A stretch of 64,000 nt of DNA from Tubiluchus corallicola (GCA_030141605.1 JAQGDQ010000623.1:44361-108360), one strand, 5' to 3'. Positions 36,561-52,152 are shown, counted from the stretch's first letter. Program-made: numbers and translations. The notes: generated from the letters alone by a model not told the origin.

Positions 36561-37439
36561 ATGCTCTGTTGTTTTAATGCCTGAAGGATGTACATTGCCA
36601 CTGGTGTAGCCATGACATTAATTGTGCTTAGACTGAAATTAAACACAAACTGTTCAAAGCAAAAATACGCAATATTCAAATCTAAGCACATTTGTTTGGC
36701 ACTACAATCGTTAGGTAGCGAAAATAACTTTCATTTGCATTTATTGTAAGTTACTTTAATATCATTATAAAAGTACGAACAAAAATTCCTCCAACGAGCA
36801 ACACCGAATATACTAGAACAATAGCTTATACAAAATAAGTCTTTTCACGGTTTCGTCGTGCGCACGCGCAGTTGTTGTAGGTCACAGGTTAAGTGTACCG
36901 CAGCAAAGCGTCTTAAGTGTAACCGTCTGCCGCATCAGTTCAGTAACTTGGAACATGGAATTGTTTTACATGGAATTTATATAATTATGCATTAGTCTGT
37001 GTGTAGAGAGATAGAATTCTACACTGTCTGACACTGCTTCCTATGCTAAAATCCGCCAGTACAAAATTTCACCAACCTACTTATGTAGTTTGATTAACAT
37101 AAAAACCTTGCTCTAATGAAATCGGGCTCAAAGTTTCATTTTTCCAAAAAACATTTTTTTCGGTTTTGTTCGTCAAGCTACGGAAAATCGCAGCGGACTG
37201 TTTACGATTAGACATTGAATTGACACGTAACCATATTGCCACTGCCCCCCCCCCCCCCCCATGACACACGTATTACAAGATTACAGCTTTTTTCTCAAAC
37301 CACCATTTGGGGAAGCTACGAATCCTTCCGGTTTTAGAACGGTTTTATGCCAACCAAGATAACATGTTAAGATTTGACAAATCAGATTCGGTTCAGATAC
37401 TTCACAAAACGCTACAGTCTTTCCTTTCTCTTCTTTCTC

Positions 37440-37525
<86 letters not shown>

Positions 37526-37581
37526 TCTCTCATTCTCTTTCTTTCCCCCCTTTCTCTCCTTTTCTCCACCTCTTCCTGTTC

Positions 37582-37690
<109 letters not shown>

Positions 37691-37824
37691 CCTCTCCCAC
37701 CCCACCTGTACAACACAAGCTACAACAGTTTATTGCATTCACGAACAATCAGCATTGTTACAAATTGGCCTTTAATTGAGTTTCTATGTTCTCTGGGTTA
37801 TTAATGCACCGCAAAAACGGTGGT

Positions 37825-38022
37825 GGTATTATGGTAACACACGGCGCATGCGCACTTTGCGGTGATCAATTGATTAGGCCCTCATTAAACCTCGGATTGC
37901 TGTTTAATACACATTGATCGAAACACCAACTATAGCTTGTTCTTGAAATATTTTGTGTTGCGCACTTATTTATGGAAACGCTGGTTATATCGTGGTTTCA
38001 ATGAACATTCTCTTGTGTAAGT
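37825..38022 (+). promoter_or_regulatory. Candidate promoter and non-coding first exon of the EML-like gene
   Basis: NRF1-type palindrome GCGCATGCGC at 37844-37853, RFX X-box-like half sites ATGGTAAC (37831) and ATGGAAAC (37972), a donor gtaagt at 38017 and an acceptor tcttacag ending at 38318, upstream of the ATG at 38442. Confidence 0.35.
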
Positions 38023-38441
38023 ATATCTGAAAATGTACGAGAGAAAATAAAGATAAAAGTAATACGACCTGTTATCGTGAAATTCATCTGTGAGAGTCCT
38101 ATACATGTTATACAACGTGAAGAATGTGTTAGTTTTTGTTTTTTATAGGATGCAAACCAAAATTTAAAAAAATCTGAGTGTACGATGCAAAGTGGTAAAA
38201 AAAGCTAAAAAGGGATAAAAAATAATAATAAACCACAAAATTTTTTATGATTTTTAATGTTTTTAAATTTTCATGCCTTTTGGGCTCAGAATCCCGTCAG
38301 AAACGTGATTTCTTACAGTGTTTATATAGTGCAATGGAAAATAGAGAAAAATCTGCCAACTCGAATGTTGGATAAATCTTTTTTCGATTGTCGTAAATAA
38401 ATCAATAATTGATGCCCACGTTTTGAAAAAAAACTGTTGAA

Positions 38442-38558
38442 ATGAATCGCAAGGAGCGTCTGCCGTCAGGTGGTGCTGTTACAGGAGCTGTAAACAACAA
38501 CAACATCAACCCAACAAGTGGACTAGCCAATAATCTATCAACCAGTAATTTAAATCTG
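38442..38558 (+). CDS. EML-like gene, coding exon 1
   Basis: ATG at 38442, MNRKERLPSGGAVTGAVNNNNINPTSGLANNLSTSNLNL, strong donor CTG|gtaagt, phase 0. Confidence 0.7.
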
Positions 38559-39644
38559 GTAAGTACTTGAGTTATTTAGTCTAAACATGTAAATTACCCA
38601 ATAATGATTAAAGAAATAGGATACCCTAGGGCGTATCAGCCAAATATACAATTATTTTACACAAGCGCTTGTGGTGTATTAGCATAATTTCCAAGTACGA
38701 CACTATCGTCATGGTTATTGTACTACTATTTGCATAGTGCTTATATATAATAAGATTGCGCAACTGTTTGTGGTGTGGTAACTTTGTAGTAAATGTACAT
38801 GTAGCGGTGGTAATATAGAAACTGCTTGTGATGAGTTATGAAATACGTGCTTTACGTGTATACGATGCGATGCACACATTTTCCAAGGTGAATATGATTT
38901 TTAACACTGGATCCCTAAAATATGGCGCCCTTCCAAAATGTGGCACCCTAGGCAACAGACCCAGACAGTCTGTTGGTAAATATGCATCTCCGAATAGCTA
39001 TTGTTTAAAATAGCATTGCTCTTTTTTATTCGGGTTTATCAGGCTAGACACATTTAAAGTTTGAAACAAATCGTACATAAGTAAGCAAGTACGCAAGTAA
39101 GTAAGTAAGTAAGTATGTAAGTAAGTAAGTAAGTATGTATGTATGTAAGTAAGCAAGCAAGCAAGTGAATAAATAGGTAGGTAGGTAGGTAGGTAGGTAG
39201 GTAGGTAGGTAGGTAAGTAATTAAGTACATAAGTAAGTAGTTTATTTAAAGTCGATTTTGAGTTATATAATGACACCTTTATATTAGCCTAGTAACTCGT
39301 TAAGTAACTCATAAATGTGTTTAGACTAGACACCAAAGCTTGCTCCTAGTTACTCTCTGACAGTAAGCGCGAGCTGACATTCACTTCATTATTCGCTGCG
39401 AAAAGTGTCGAGAGTAACTCGCCAAGGCGTTCACACTAGACAGTAAATCAATTCACAGCAACTGTCGGAGAGTTTGTAATTTCTTGCCGGCAGTAACTCG
39501 CAAAGCAGTTCACACTTGTGAGTTTGTTGTCTGAGAAAAAGCTCGCGACAGAAAACTGACAAGTCTCAATGTGATGTTATTCAAAGTGGATAGTAAAAAA
39601 TATGGTAAACATGAAATGGTAAATATGTTTTTTTTGTTTTTCAG

Positions 39645-39669
39645 ACTAAACCAAAGTCAAGCACCAACG
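39645..39669 (+). CDS. EML-like gene, 25-nt microexon 2
   Basis: T-rich tract ttttcag|ACT AAA CCA AAG TCA AGC ACC AAC G|gtaagt (TKPKSSTN). It converts phase 0 to phase 1, as exon 3 requires. Confidence 0.72.
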
Positions 39670-39789
39670 GTAAGTTATCCATTATAAACTACAACCTGCA
39701 CAATTTGTATTAAATAGGAAAGCAGATATATGCACCTCTAGACTAGTGTTGCTAAAAGTAAGCAGGTAACTAAGCAGTTTATTGACTTT

Positions 39790-40680
<891 letters not shown>

Positions 40681-40852
40681 TTATTAACTTTATAATTTAT
40701 TAGCCCAATATTATAGTCCAATAACTTGCTTACTTGTCTATTATACTTACTTACATAGTAAAACTTGTTTAGAGGATTATAACTATCAACTTCACTATTA
40801 CAAACTTTCAGTCTGAAACTTGTCTTGTCGATTGTTTGGTTGTGAATTACAG

Positions 40853-41031
40853 AGAACGAAGAATACATCAGTCCAGAGGACGCCCTCTGTGAGGAGCTTC
40901 GGGAACCATTGTCGTCCTGCAGTCGCCAACGTCTGCGTGCGGTCCTGATGGGATTTCGCAGAAATGGGAACATCGAATTACGAATTGGAATGAAAGAGTT
41001 AAACAACGTGTTGCAAGAATACACGGTGAAG
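40853..41031 (+). CDS. EML-like gene, exon 3 (degenerate EF-hand-like helix-loop-helix)
   Basis: ttacag|AG AAC GAA ... AAG|gtaaaa. Translates NEEYISPEDALCEELREPLSSCSRQRLRAVLMGFRRNGNIELRIGMKELNNVLQEYTVK; GC-rich relative to the flanks. Confidence 0.78.
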
Positions 41032-41063
41032 GTAAAACAGGCTGAAAATATGGGAGGAAATGC

Positions 41064-41618
41064 TTAAAGGAAAACTGGATTTTCATAATGTACCCCATTT
41101 TGAAGTACAGTAAAAAGTGTTCATTTAATACCTATAATAACGCCAGAGTGTTTCCGATAATTAAACACTAGGTCAAAAAGTTGCCAACTAGCGACGTCAC
41201 CTTGAAAACCCCAGTATGAATAACAGAACACTAAATTTAAGAAACATTAGAACGAACAATCAATATGGAAAGAATTCCATTACTAAGCAAGCAATACAAC
41301 TTTGGAATTCTTTACCGACATCACTAAAACACAGCAGCTCTTTATCAATATTCAAGTTTAAATTAAAAAAAACATTTTATGACTCGCTTTGAATATCCGA
41401 CATACGAACACGATGATATTTACTCAAATCATAATTTCATTTTTGCTAGACCTTACTAAATTAGTTTATATTTTATTTTTGAATTTCTAGTTGCACTTAT
41501 AATTTAGCTTGCACGAGACACATTTGCCCAGAACAGTGTATGTTTTTATATGAACCAACACTGATTGTCTGTCTTTTATTATGATGGTCAATGTTTTTAA
41601 AATGGCAAATAAAGATTT

Positions 41619-41674
<56 letters not shown>

Positions 41675-42126
41675 GTACGGAATATAACTACAACGGAATA
41701 TAATTTTCAACAGCACAAACGTTCCACGAGCGTGTTGCACGTGTTTGCGAAAACAAAAATTCAAGTGCTACTGTACAACATTCTGTGTGATATACAAAAA
41801 CTCTGCAAAGCTTAAATTTAAAATTCAGTTTTCAATTTTACTGCTGTGCTCACGCATGAGCTTTTGATAGCTAGCGTATCACAACTGAACACATCTGAAC
41901 TGAGAAGTACAGAACATGTTTTTTGTGCAACACGTGTGCGGGAGTTGGTGGCAAATGATAATTTAGCATAGCTCTTCGCTGTAGCACGCATTTTGCCATT
42001 CGCTGGTATTATTAACCTACTCCAATGTACTTAATTACCATTATTACCATTACGTGTTAAAATATATGCTTTTTAACGCAGTTCAAAATGGGATGTGATG
42101 TGAAAAATCACCCTGTTTTCCTCTAA
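41064..42126. mobile_element. Kolobok-like MITE copy with internal (CTA)n
   Basis: TTAA|AGGAAAACTGG ... CCTGTTTTCCT|CTAA; same subterminal and core sequence as the 44645 copy. Confidence 0.55.
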
Positions 42127-43109
42127 GACGTCAGGTCCTGAAATGGACATAGCCAATACTATGCATGTGTAGGGTGACATATTTGGGGTTTTCGAAATCT
42201 TAAAATCTTGATGCTAAATTTGAGTAAAATAGGGAATAAGTTTGTGTAGTGTTTGAGATCATTGATTGTAACTCTTTGTGGTCTTAAAAATTGCATTGGG
42301 AATTTAATAATTTAGTATTTCGATTTAACTGCATTTTTATGTTATTAGACTGGAAACTTGCTTTATTAACAAATTGATATTAGCACTCACTTTAATACGC
42401 TTTGGTTAACATCACTGTAAATAGTGTTATACGTGCCATTTTAAAAGATAATTACGGAATTTGAAATTGTATAATGTTTGTACAGACATCTTTGTCTGCA
42501 AAAAAGGCTAGTAAAGATCATCATCATCATCATCGTCATCATCATCATCGTCATAGTCGTCTTCTTCGTCATCATCATCATCATCGTCATCATCAACGTC
42601 ATTGTCATCGTCGTCGTCTTCGTCATCATCATCATCATCATCGTAATCATCAGCATCCTCATCGTCATCATCATCATCATCACCATCACAGTCATCATCA
42701 TCGTCGTCGTAGTCGTCCTCGTCAACGTCATCATCATCACAATCATCTTCATCATCACCACCACCACCATCATCATCATCATCACCAGCACCAATATCAT
42801 CATCATCATCATTATCATCATCATCATCATCATCATCATCATCTTGGTCTAACAGCACAAAGGTATGAGAGTTAAAGACAGAAAACACAAAATGTTACTA
42901 ATAATTTCAGCAGTAATAGTAGTAAGTGAAGTGGTTGTAGTAATTAAATCAGTCGTGGCAAAAAGCACGACTTAGATATTTTAAATCATTTATTAATTAG
43001 CAATTAATACACGACTTGTACATATTGAGAAGAATTAATTTACTTCTGATTACATTACGTGAAAAAATCACATTTTGTTCAATATGTTAGGGTTAGTGTT
43101 AGTATCATT

Positions 43110-43420
43110 TCCGTTTTTCCTGTGACTTTTTTCTGTGATTTTTTTCCTGTGACCTTTTAGTTGTGACTTATTTACTGTGACTTTTTCTGCGACGTTTTTA
43201 GTTGTGACATATTTCCTGTGACTTTTCTGTGACGTTTTTACTTGTGACTTTTCTCTGTGACGTTTTTAGTTGTGACTTATTTACTGTGACCTTTTCTGCG
43301 ACGTTTTTATTTGTGACTTTTTCCTGTTACTTTTTTCCTGTGACTTATTTCCCGTGAATTCTTTCTGTGACGTTTTTACTTGTGACTTTTTTACTAGGTG
43401 CCATTTTACCTGTAACTTTA
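43110..43420. repeat. Degenerate (TGTGAC + T-tract) short-unit tandem repeat
   Basis: About 20 units of tgtgac followed by T runs. Confidence 0.88.
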
Positions 43421-43497
43421 TTACCTTTATTCGACATTAAACTGTATTATCTATGATAATAATCCATGACAATTACGTGTTCGAACTTTCTCACTAG

Positions 43498-43603
43498 ATC
43501 CCGACTCGCCTCTTGCAAAAGCTGGTTGATTTATACGAAGATATGAATGGAGTGAATTATGAAAAACTATATCTGCTGTTAGTTCAAGCTCAAGGAAGAT
43601 CAG
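43498..43603 (+). CDS. EML-like gene, exon 4 (EF-hand-like)
   Basis: cactag|ATC ... TCA G|gtattg. Translates IPTRLLQKLVDLYEDMNGVNYEKLYLLLVQAQGRS. Confidence 0.8.
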
Positions 43604-44351
43604 GTATTGAGTGAACACATTGCAAGAAAATTGTCTTCAATATTGCGTTCAACTTAAGTTAACAACAGTTGACTAAAACCAAAATTATGTTGGTTTAAAA
43701 GAACGACAAAACAGGATTCTTACATAAAGCTGAAAAATCGTCTTGAAATTTTATGTCACTTGCATTCTGTCTTGTTGCATGCAGAGCTTGTATGCAGTAA
43801 AGCTGTAAAAACTTGTTAATTTAAACTCTCCCAATGATCGTTAAGCGCAGCCATTTTAACGGTCAGTCGTCTGAAACAAGTTTAGATAACATTGCAAAAA
43901 AATAAAAAATAATAATCACGGCACCCGTAGTGCACACTAACTAATAAGAAGTTCGATTATTTTATATTATCGATAAGATCAATAATGTGTTTTGACGAAT
44001 CAGCGATGAACACCGGGAAGGAGACTCACTGCCACTTTACCAGTTCGTGCGAATATTTTAAATTATTAAGAATTTTCTTTTCTAGTTACATAAGTCTTTC
44101 AACAGGTAAGCGTGATTCTAAGCAACATAACTTTCTGAAGAAGCTTCTTTGTGAACCTTTGGAATCCTTGGGAAAATTTAAACTCATTTTTGGATGATTT
44201 TGGAAAAATTTTGGACTAATGAAAGAATGGATACAATTAGTTACGTAAATACGCGAAAAAAGAAATTAGTAAAACAATTAACTGGTTTCACAAAAAAATG
44301 ATTGTTTAAGTAATTAATTAATTATGTTAATAAGATTAATAATTCTTATAG

Positions 44352-44548
44352 GAAGAGACAGCGTAAGCGCCATGAATAAAGAGAACGAGTCACAACACCA
44401 AGACGTCATCACCACAAGCGTTGACTTTGAATTGTTGGAACTGTTGGTAAAACAAATGGCAAAAAGTCCCAACTTCGACATGGACGACCTGCGCGAGTCC
44501 CTGCGCAAGAGAGACTTGCGTGGAAGTGGGACGGTTCACCGGAAAGAG
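44352..44548 (+). CDS. EML-like gene, exon 5 (EF-hand loop DLRGSGTVHRKE)
   Basis: cttatag|GA AGA ... GAG|gtgaga; overlaps ORF 44324-44566. Confidence 0.85.
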
Positions 44549-44644
44549 GTGAGATGCATTCTATGAATTATCACCCAATTTTAATTAATCTAAAGTTAAT
44601 CTTAAACATTTGGCAAAATGAAAAAAGAATTCAGATATTCTGCG

Positions 44645-45696
<1,052 letters not shown>

Positions 45697-46268
45697 GATT
45701 TCGGACCAAAGCTAAATAAAAATAAAAAAATGAATATACGTGGCTCCATCTGCGAGCGGAAATTCAGATTTTGGCATATGTGGCATCTTCATTTCAATTC
45801 ACTTTTATTTTAAACTCATAAATAAATAAATAAGCGATTTCACTTTAATAGTTTTATTATAATGTAATACGTGTTATGTCAGTTTTGTAATGTCAAATGT
45901 ATAAATAGTGTAAATGTAATGAGTGAAATTTATGTAATGTAAAGCATGTTTCTGTTAATTGTGCCATGTTAAATATATATATAGTGTAAAATATGTCATG
46001 TAAAATCTAATGTATTTTTGTAATATTGTTTTGTAAAAATATTTTAATATTGTGTTTGTAAATATGTTCATTTATTGTATATAATTAGGCTTTAGTTTTG
46101 CACTTTAGTTTTTTTTAGTCTGCACAGGACGCATTTGTCTTGAACAGTGTTGTTAGTTTAACATTACGCTGAGGATTACTCAATTTTATTATAATGAGTG
46201 AACCATTTTAATGACAAATAAAGAATTAATATATATATATAATGACGTAATTGTGTTTTAAAATTTAG

Positions 46269-46482
46269 ATTGTGAAGATCTGCAAAGAAATGCAGCTTCC
46301 CGTCTATGGAGCCCTTCTCAACAGACTAATGAAAAGATGTGATGATGAAAACAATGATCACATCAGTTGGCACGAGTTGATGATATTCCTAGAGAGGGCA
46401 CTGTTTGAAGCAACAAGACCAACAACACCAGATAAAGAGAAGAACAAACAAGATGTTAATAAAGAAATTATGAGTACTGACG
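46269..46482 (+). CDS. EML-like gene, exon 6 (EF-hand loop DDENNDHISWHE)
   Basis: tttag|ATT GTG AAG ... GAC G|gtaaag. Translates IVKICKEMQLPVYGALLNRLMKRCDDENNDHISWHELMIFLERAL... Confidence 0.87.
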
Positions 46483-46962
46483 GTAAAGTTTTTTTTGGAA
46501 ATGGAACTGAAATGTTTAATGTAAAATATTGCCAATTTGTGTTTGAGATTTAATCTTTTATTTCCAAAACATTGATTTTGATCTTTGACCTTTTGTACCG
46601 TTTTGTACTTAATAGTAATTCAGGTGACCTTTGACCTGTCGTATTTAAATAGTACTGCATTTGTTCTTTACTAATTGTGTTTTTAAATGTTACAGCTGAT
46701 ATCTTAACTTTTCGCTTCCAAAAAAAATGTTCCAGTCAGCGAATGACCCTTATTATGTCACATTACCACTAACCTCCATTTTTATTATAGTTGACCTTTG
46801 ACCTTTCGCTTTTGAAATATTGCAGTTCACGATTGATATTTATTTTTAAAATATTACTATTGAACTTTCATTTTTATAATGATCGACGTTTGGCTTTTCA
46901 TTTGAGAAATATTGCAGCGGAGCTAAGATCTGCGATTTTCGAGAACTGTAGACATTGGCATA

Positions 46963-47090
46963 AACATGGACATGGACATGGACATGGACATGGATATGGA
47001 CATGGACATGGACATGGACATGGACATGGACATGGACATGGACATGGACATGGACATGGACATAGACATGGACATGGATATAGACATACT
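46963..47090. repeat. (CATGGA)n hexanucleotide microsatellite; a degenerate relative lies at 1135-1275
   Basis: Directly visible. Confidence 0.92.
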
Positions 47091-47276
47091 GACTCACTCA
47101 CGCAGTAAAAGGGGTAGCGAAGGACCAATTTGTCGTCAAGCAAGCTACCCCCTTTTCGAGGTTCAGATCATTGCTATTCAAGTGATCAATGCATCATTTG
47201 TTATCAAATTAATATCAGTTTGTATTATTATGTAGGCCTATGCATTCTTACTGATACATTATTATAATTCACGTAG

Positions 47277-47374
47277 GTCTTGGATCCACTTTGAGTATGG
47301 TTGTTACGGATCATCCAACACATACAATGCATGCTAGTATGTTAAACATCAAAGACACGAAAAATACACTCAAG
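47277..47374 (+). CDS. EML-like gene, exon 7 (linker)
   Basis: acgtag|GT CTT GGA ... AAG|gtgagt. Translates LGSTLSMVVTDHPTHTMHASMLNIKDTKNTLK; bridges phase 1 to phase 0. Confidence 0.7.
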
Positions 47375-47409
47375 GTGAGTAAGTCAAAGTCATAATAATG
47401 CAGTGCAAG

Positions 47410-47739
47410 TTAAAGGGCAGTAGTTACAAAATCATCCTTTTGAGGAAAATGCAATTAACGTTTGTAATGTTGACACGCAAATAATTATGGCCACTAATGA
47501 AGATGAAATTTTCCTCACATAACTTAAAGCTAAACAGGACCCTATCTTAAACTGTAGGTAAAAACAAGCTGCTCATTAAAATATTGAAAAGAAACATATC
47601 ATTTTTCAAAAATGAAAAACATGTAAGAATTTTTACCATACAAATACAATTTCGCGTTCGCGCCACTAGTTCTTCGTTATTCTTTTTATCGGACTTGAAA
47701 ATGAGGTAGGAAATGAAAAATCATCCTGTCTTCCTTTAA
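47410..47739 (-). mobile_element. Internally deleted Kolobok-like MITE, inverted relative to the 44645 copy
   Basis: TTAA|AGGG ... AAAAATCATCCTGTCTTCCT|TTAA. Its reverse complement matches 44645-44700 and 44980-45145. Confidence 0.7.
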
Positions 47740-47802
47740 TAATTATGCACATATTTTCATTATACAGTTCGGCAAGCTGTTTGTCGTTGTCGTTGTCGTT
47801 GC

Positions 47803-47851
<49 letters not shown>

Positions 47852-48056
47852 ATTATTATTGTTATTGTTGCAGTCAGCGCCGTTGTCGTCATCCTTATCG
47901 TCAATAACGTTGACGGCATTGTTGATAGTGGAGACATTGTTGCTGTTGACGTTGCTGTTGTTTTTGTTGTTGTCCCTGTCGACACTGTCGTAGTCACCAT
48001 CATTGTTGTTGTTTACACAAAAGAACACATTAACGTTTTAATTGCTTTTGTTAAAG

Positions 48057-48366
48057 GATCGTCTTGCTGCCAGCTCCATCAACTTGAAGAACAATTACGA
48101 CACAGCAACAGGTAACATCAACTTCACTGCAAACTTTGCCAAGCCCCCGGTCAACTTCCCAGGAGGCAGTGGGGCAGCTGGGACACCAGGCGTCGTTGGA
48201 GGAGGCAGTGGTGCTGAAGGAGTTGCCCCACAAGGTCATCCAGTAATGCAGGAACCCATCCCAGGCTCTGAAGCCAGCATCCCTCGCTACGAATCTAAGG
48301 AAAGTCTCAGTTCAATGGATGATGAAGGAGCTGAGGAGAAAAGCGTGAAATCTGGATTTTCAACTC
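48057..48366 (+). CDS. EML-like gene, exon 8 (Gly/Pro-rich linker)
   Basis: ttaaag|GAT CGT ... ACT C|gtacgt; GC-rich ORF 48042-48374. Confidence 0.82.
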
Positions 48367-48432
48367 GTACGTAAAGAGATGCATATGGATAAATGGTTTA
48401 GCTACTTTACTTTTATATTGTTATTTTTGTTG

Positions 48433-48496
<64 letters not shown>

Positions 48497-48515
48497 CATT
48501 ATTATTATTATTATT

Positions 48516-48598
<83 letters not shown>

Positions 48599-48624
48599 TA
48601 TGTTTATTATTATCATTATTATTA

Positions 48625-48805
<181 letters not shown>

Positions 48806-48816
48806 TATGTTTATTA

Positions 48817-48967
<151 letters not shown>

Positions 48968-50344
48968 CATCATCATCATCATCATCATCATCATTATTAT
49001 TATTATTATTATGCTTATATATAGAATATTACAGCAAACGTTTTTAAAAAGTAAGTTGTCATGGTCGTAACTGTAAAAAGGTCAAAATCCCTTTAAGCTT
49101 CAAAACAAATTTTCTATTTTTCTTCAGAAGATTTGGTCCTTAACGGACTTGATCAGCTGTACAGAGAAACGAAATTTTTTGCAGGCCCGTTTTTTTAATA
49201 CAATTTATTTATGAATTTTGTATTTTTTATTTTGATGAAGTTGCATACCTTCAGTTCATTTTTATCAGTAGTTTTTTTGCAGTTTCATCTGTGTTTTTAA
49301 AAACACTGCTCTCGTTTCAATACTGTATTTCTCTGTACAGCTGATGAAGTCCAAGAAGAACAATAACTTCGGAAGAAAACTGTAGAATGCTTTTGAGAAA
49401 TAAGGCGAATTTGATCTTTTTTAGTGTTATGTGTCCTGGTGCTCTTAATGTACCGAATAGTGTGCACCAACTGACGTCCCATCTCACGTCATCACCATCG
49501 TTATTATTTCCTTATATATATATATATATATATATATATGTAATAATCTTTATTTGCCATAAAAAATCGATATTCATAACTATAAAAGCATAAAAGAACA
49601 TCGCAGCATGAGAATAAAATTCACACAACTGTTAAAGGCAAATGCATCCAGTGCAAACTAGAAACTACTGTGCCAAAAATTTAAAACAAAATATACATTA
49701 TAATGTTACACGCAAATTATAATAGACTATATACAATATATACATATCATTTAAAATGGACGTTTTTGCACAGCTTTCTATATTTGGATAGGAATAGTAA
49801 GAACGTGTACTTTTACACGGTTTTGCTGTTTTGACAAATAATGTTGCTCATAATTTAAGTATAAAACAGATACAGAAGGCTTTTGGTTAACCTATTTAAT
49901 CGTGAACTCAAAGTTTTCTAACACGTGCTGGCACCTAGTGCGTGAACTACAAATCAGAATTACATGCGACTATTCTCTAAGCTACATTAATACGGCAGTA
50001 CAGTGTAAAATGTATCAAAGGTAAGTTAGCACTCATCTGAAAACCGAATGAAACAAATAAAAATCCACAAAACAGAAAAAGAACATTCAATTTCTACTAC
50101 TCGTAAATTTTTATATAGAAAATATTTCCGTCCTTACGAGCTACGATTCCGGAAGTTTCTCAATGAAACTAGTGGCACGACTCATTTTAAAAAGAATTTC
50201 ATTGATACTATGATGCACATTTTATATATTTAAAGGTACCTTTATTTTTGCAATTCGCTGATATATTCCGGTGATAAAAAGTGACAAGACTAATATGAGA
50301 AAATAGGAAAAATATTAAAATGCACATTTATTATAAATATTAGA

Positions 50345-50645
50345 GTATTATCATTTATTTTCGATATCATTTCGGTATCATATCAAAGAAACTATATCAT
50401 TTATTTTTCATATCATTTCGGTATCATACTAAATAAACAATATCATTTATTATCTATATGATTTCGGTATCATATTAAATAAACGATATAATTTATTTTC
50501 TATACAATTTCGGTACAATGTCAAATATATGATATCACTTATATTCGATATCATTTCGGTATCATATCAAATAAACAATATCTTTTATTGTCGATACTAT
50601 TGCGATACCACATCAAATATATGATATCATTTATTTTCGATACTT
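50345..50645. repeat. 46-bp minisatellite, about 6.5 copies
   Basis: tatcatttattttcgatatcatttcggtatcatatcaaa... at 50349, 50395 and so on. Confidence 0.92.
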
Positions 50646-50744
50646 CAATAACTTTAAAGTCTCACGGGTCTGTCATTTCTGGACAGCCTGTATATTTGCT
50701 TTACGACAGCCGTGCTAAATTCAATTCTGTGTGATTTATTACAG

Positions 50745-50813
50745 CTTTCAAGAAGAAGCAGCTCGTGGCTAGGACGAAATCTTCACTGAGTCTTACGTCC
50801 ATTGAAAGTGTCG
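50745..50813 (+). CDS. EML-like gene, exon 9 (basic/Ser-rich, symmetric phase 1-1)
   Basis: ttacag|CT TTC AAG ... GTC G|gtacgt. Translates FKKKQLVARTKSSLSLTSIESV. Confidence 0.75.
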
Positions 50814-50969
50814 GTACGTAAGAATTAAATTCAAACCTTGTTTATAGCTATATTTGATTTGAGTTCGTTGTTTGTCTTGTCAATTCGTTTAAACAATTAG
50901 TAACAATTTAACTAAATGAAATTGAAGTTATGACAATATTAATGGTAATAGTAATAATTACTAAACGCT

Positions 50970-51210
50970 ATAGTATAGCTTTCCATCTGGGAGGTCGCGA
51001 GATCGATACAGCAGCTGGGTCATACAAAAGATTTTAAAAATGGTACCTGTCGCTGCCCTGACTGACATGTGATATTTAGGGTAAAAGTGGGGTAATAATT
51101 GTCTCAGTTATGTAGTTGTAGAATTGTTATTTTCAGTCGGCAAAAGCTCTTTGGTGTTTATGTTAATTGTTCATCCAAAAAACCGATTTTAAATAAAGAT
51201 TATTATTAAT
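50970..51210 (+). mobile_element. tRNA-derived SINE (MetaSINE-like central domain), decayed
   Basis: tRNA-like head, then GGGTCATACAAAAGATTTTAAAAATGGTACC, then an AATAAA/(ATT)n tail. Confidence 0.6.
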
Positions 51211-51689
51211 ATAATTACATTATCAAGATGAACAAAAATCTGTAAATTCCTGGCAGAAAACGACGTTATTATGAAAAACTATTGCCAATAAATCCATTCA
51301 AAGCAGTAACAACAAAAACACAGAAAGTTTCCTATAATAACTGTCAAGGAGCGTCAAGGAGAAGCGTCAAGAAGCAGCGAGGAAAACCACGCCAGTTGTA
51401 TTACCAAACTGCGTAAAAAAATAAGTAGCATCAAGCAAGCGTTAATGATTTTGGTTCCTAAAAAGTTATTATGGGTAAGCAAAATTTAGGCATTACTGAT
51501 GTATGATTAATGATGACGTTAATGATCGATGACGCTTATCAAACTTTTTCCTTGACGTTCTTTGATGCGTTTTAACACGCATTGACCCTCTGTATAATGA
51601 TCATTATAATTATTAGGGCCACATAGATGTAAGAAGACAAACGCAAGACGAAAATTGTGGCATCAGTCATTAAATAGTTGATAGGAAAC

Positions 51690-52110
51690 ATAAAGTCACA
51701 TTATGTGGTAAACACATAAGCAGAAATCTGCGTATGAGGTACACATGTAAACATAAACATCTGCGTATATGGCTAACACGTAAGCATAAAACTACGCACA
51801 TGGCGAACATATTAATATATACATGCGTAAATGGCAAACACATAAACATAAACATACATATGTGTTAAACACATTAACATAGAGCTACTCGTGTGGTAAA
51901 CGCATTAACATATGCATACGAAAATGGCAAACACATAATCATAAGCACACATATGTCTTAAACACATTAGCATAGAGCTACTCATGTGGAAAAACACGTT
52001 AACACATACATACGTAAATGGTAAACACATCGTCATAAACGCACATATGTGTTAAACACATAAGCATACAGCATACAGCATACAGCATACAGCATACAAA
52101 CACAACAAAG
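51690..52110. repeat. Degenerate aaacacat/aacata-rich tandem repeat ending in (GCATACA)n
   Basis: Recurrent g.aaacacat.a.cata units. Confidence 0.75.
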
Positions 52111-52152
52111 TTTATGTTAAACTCACATCAAATTGTATAAAATTTTCAACAG

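Noticed and set aside
42441-42888. Poly-His, poly-Asp and poly-Met ORFs, plus the poly-L/I/S ORFs at 18.3-19.0, 20.8-21.2, 25.0-25.9 and 48.4-49.1 kb
   Set aside because: Translations of (CAT)n, (CTA)n and (TTA)n microsatellites inside introns.
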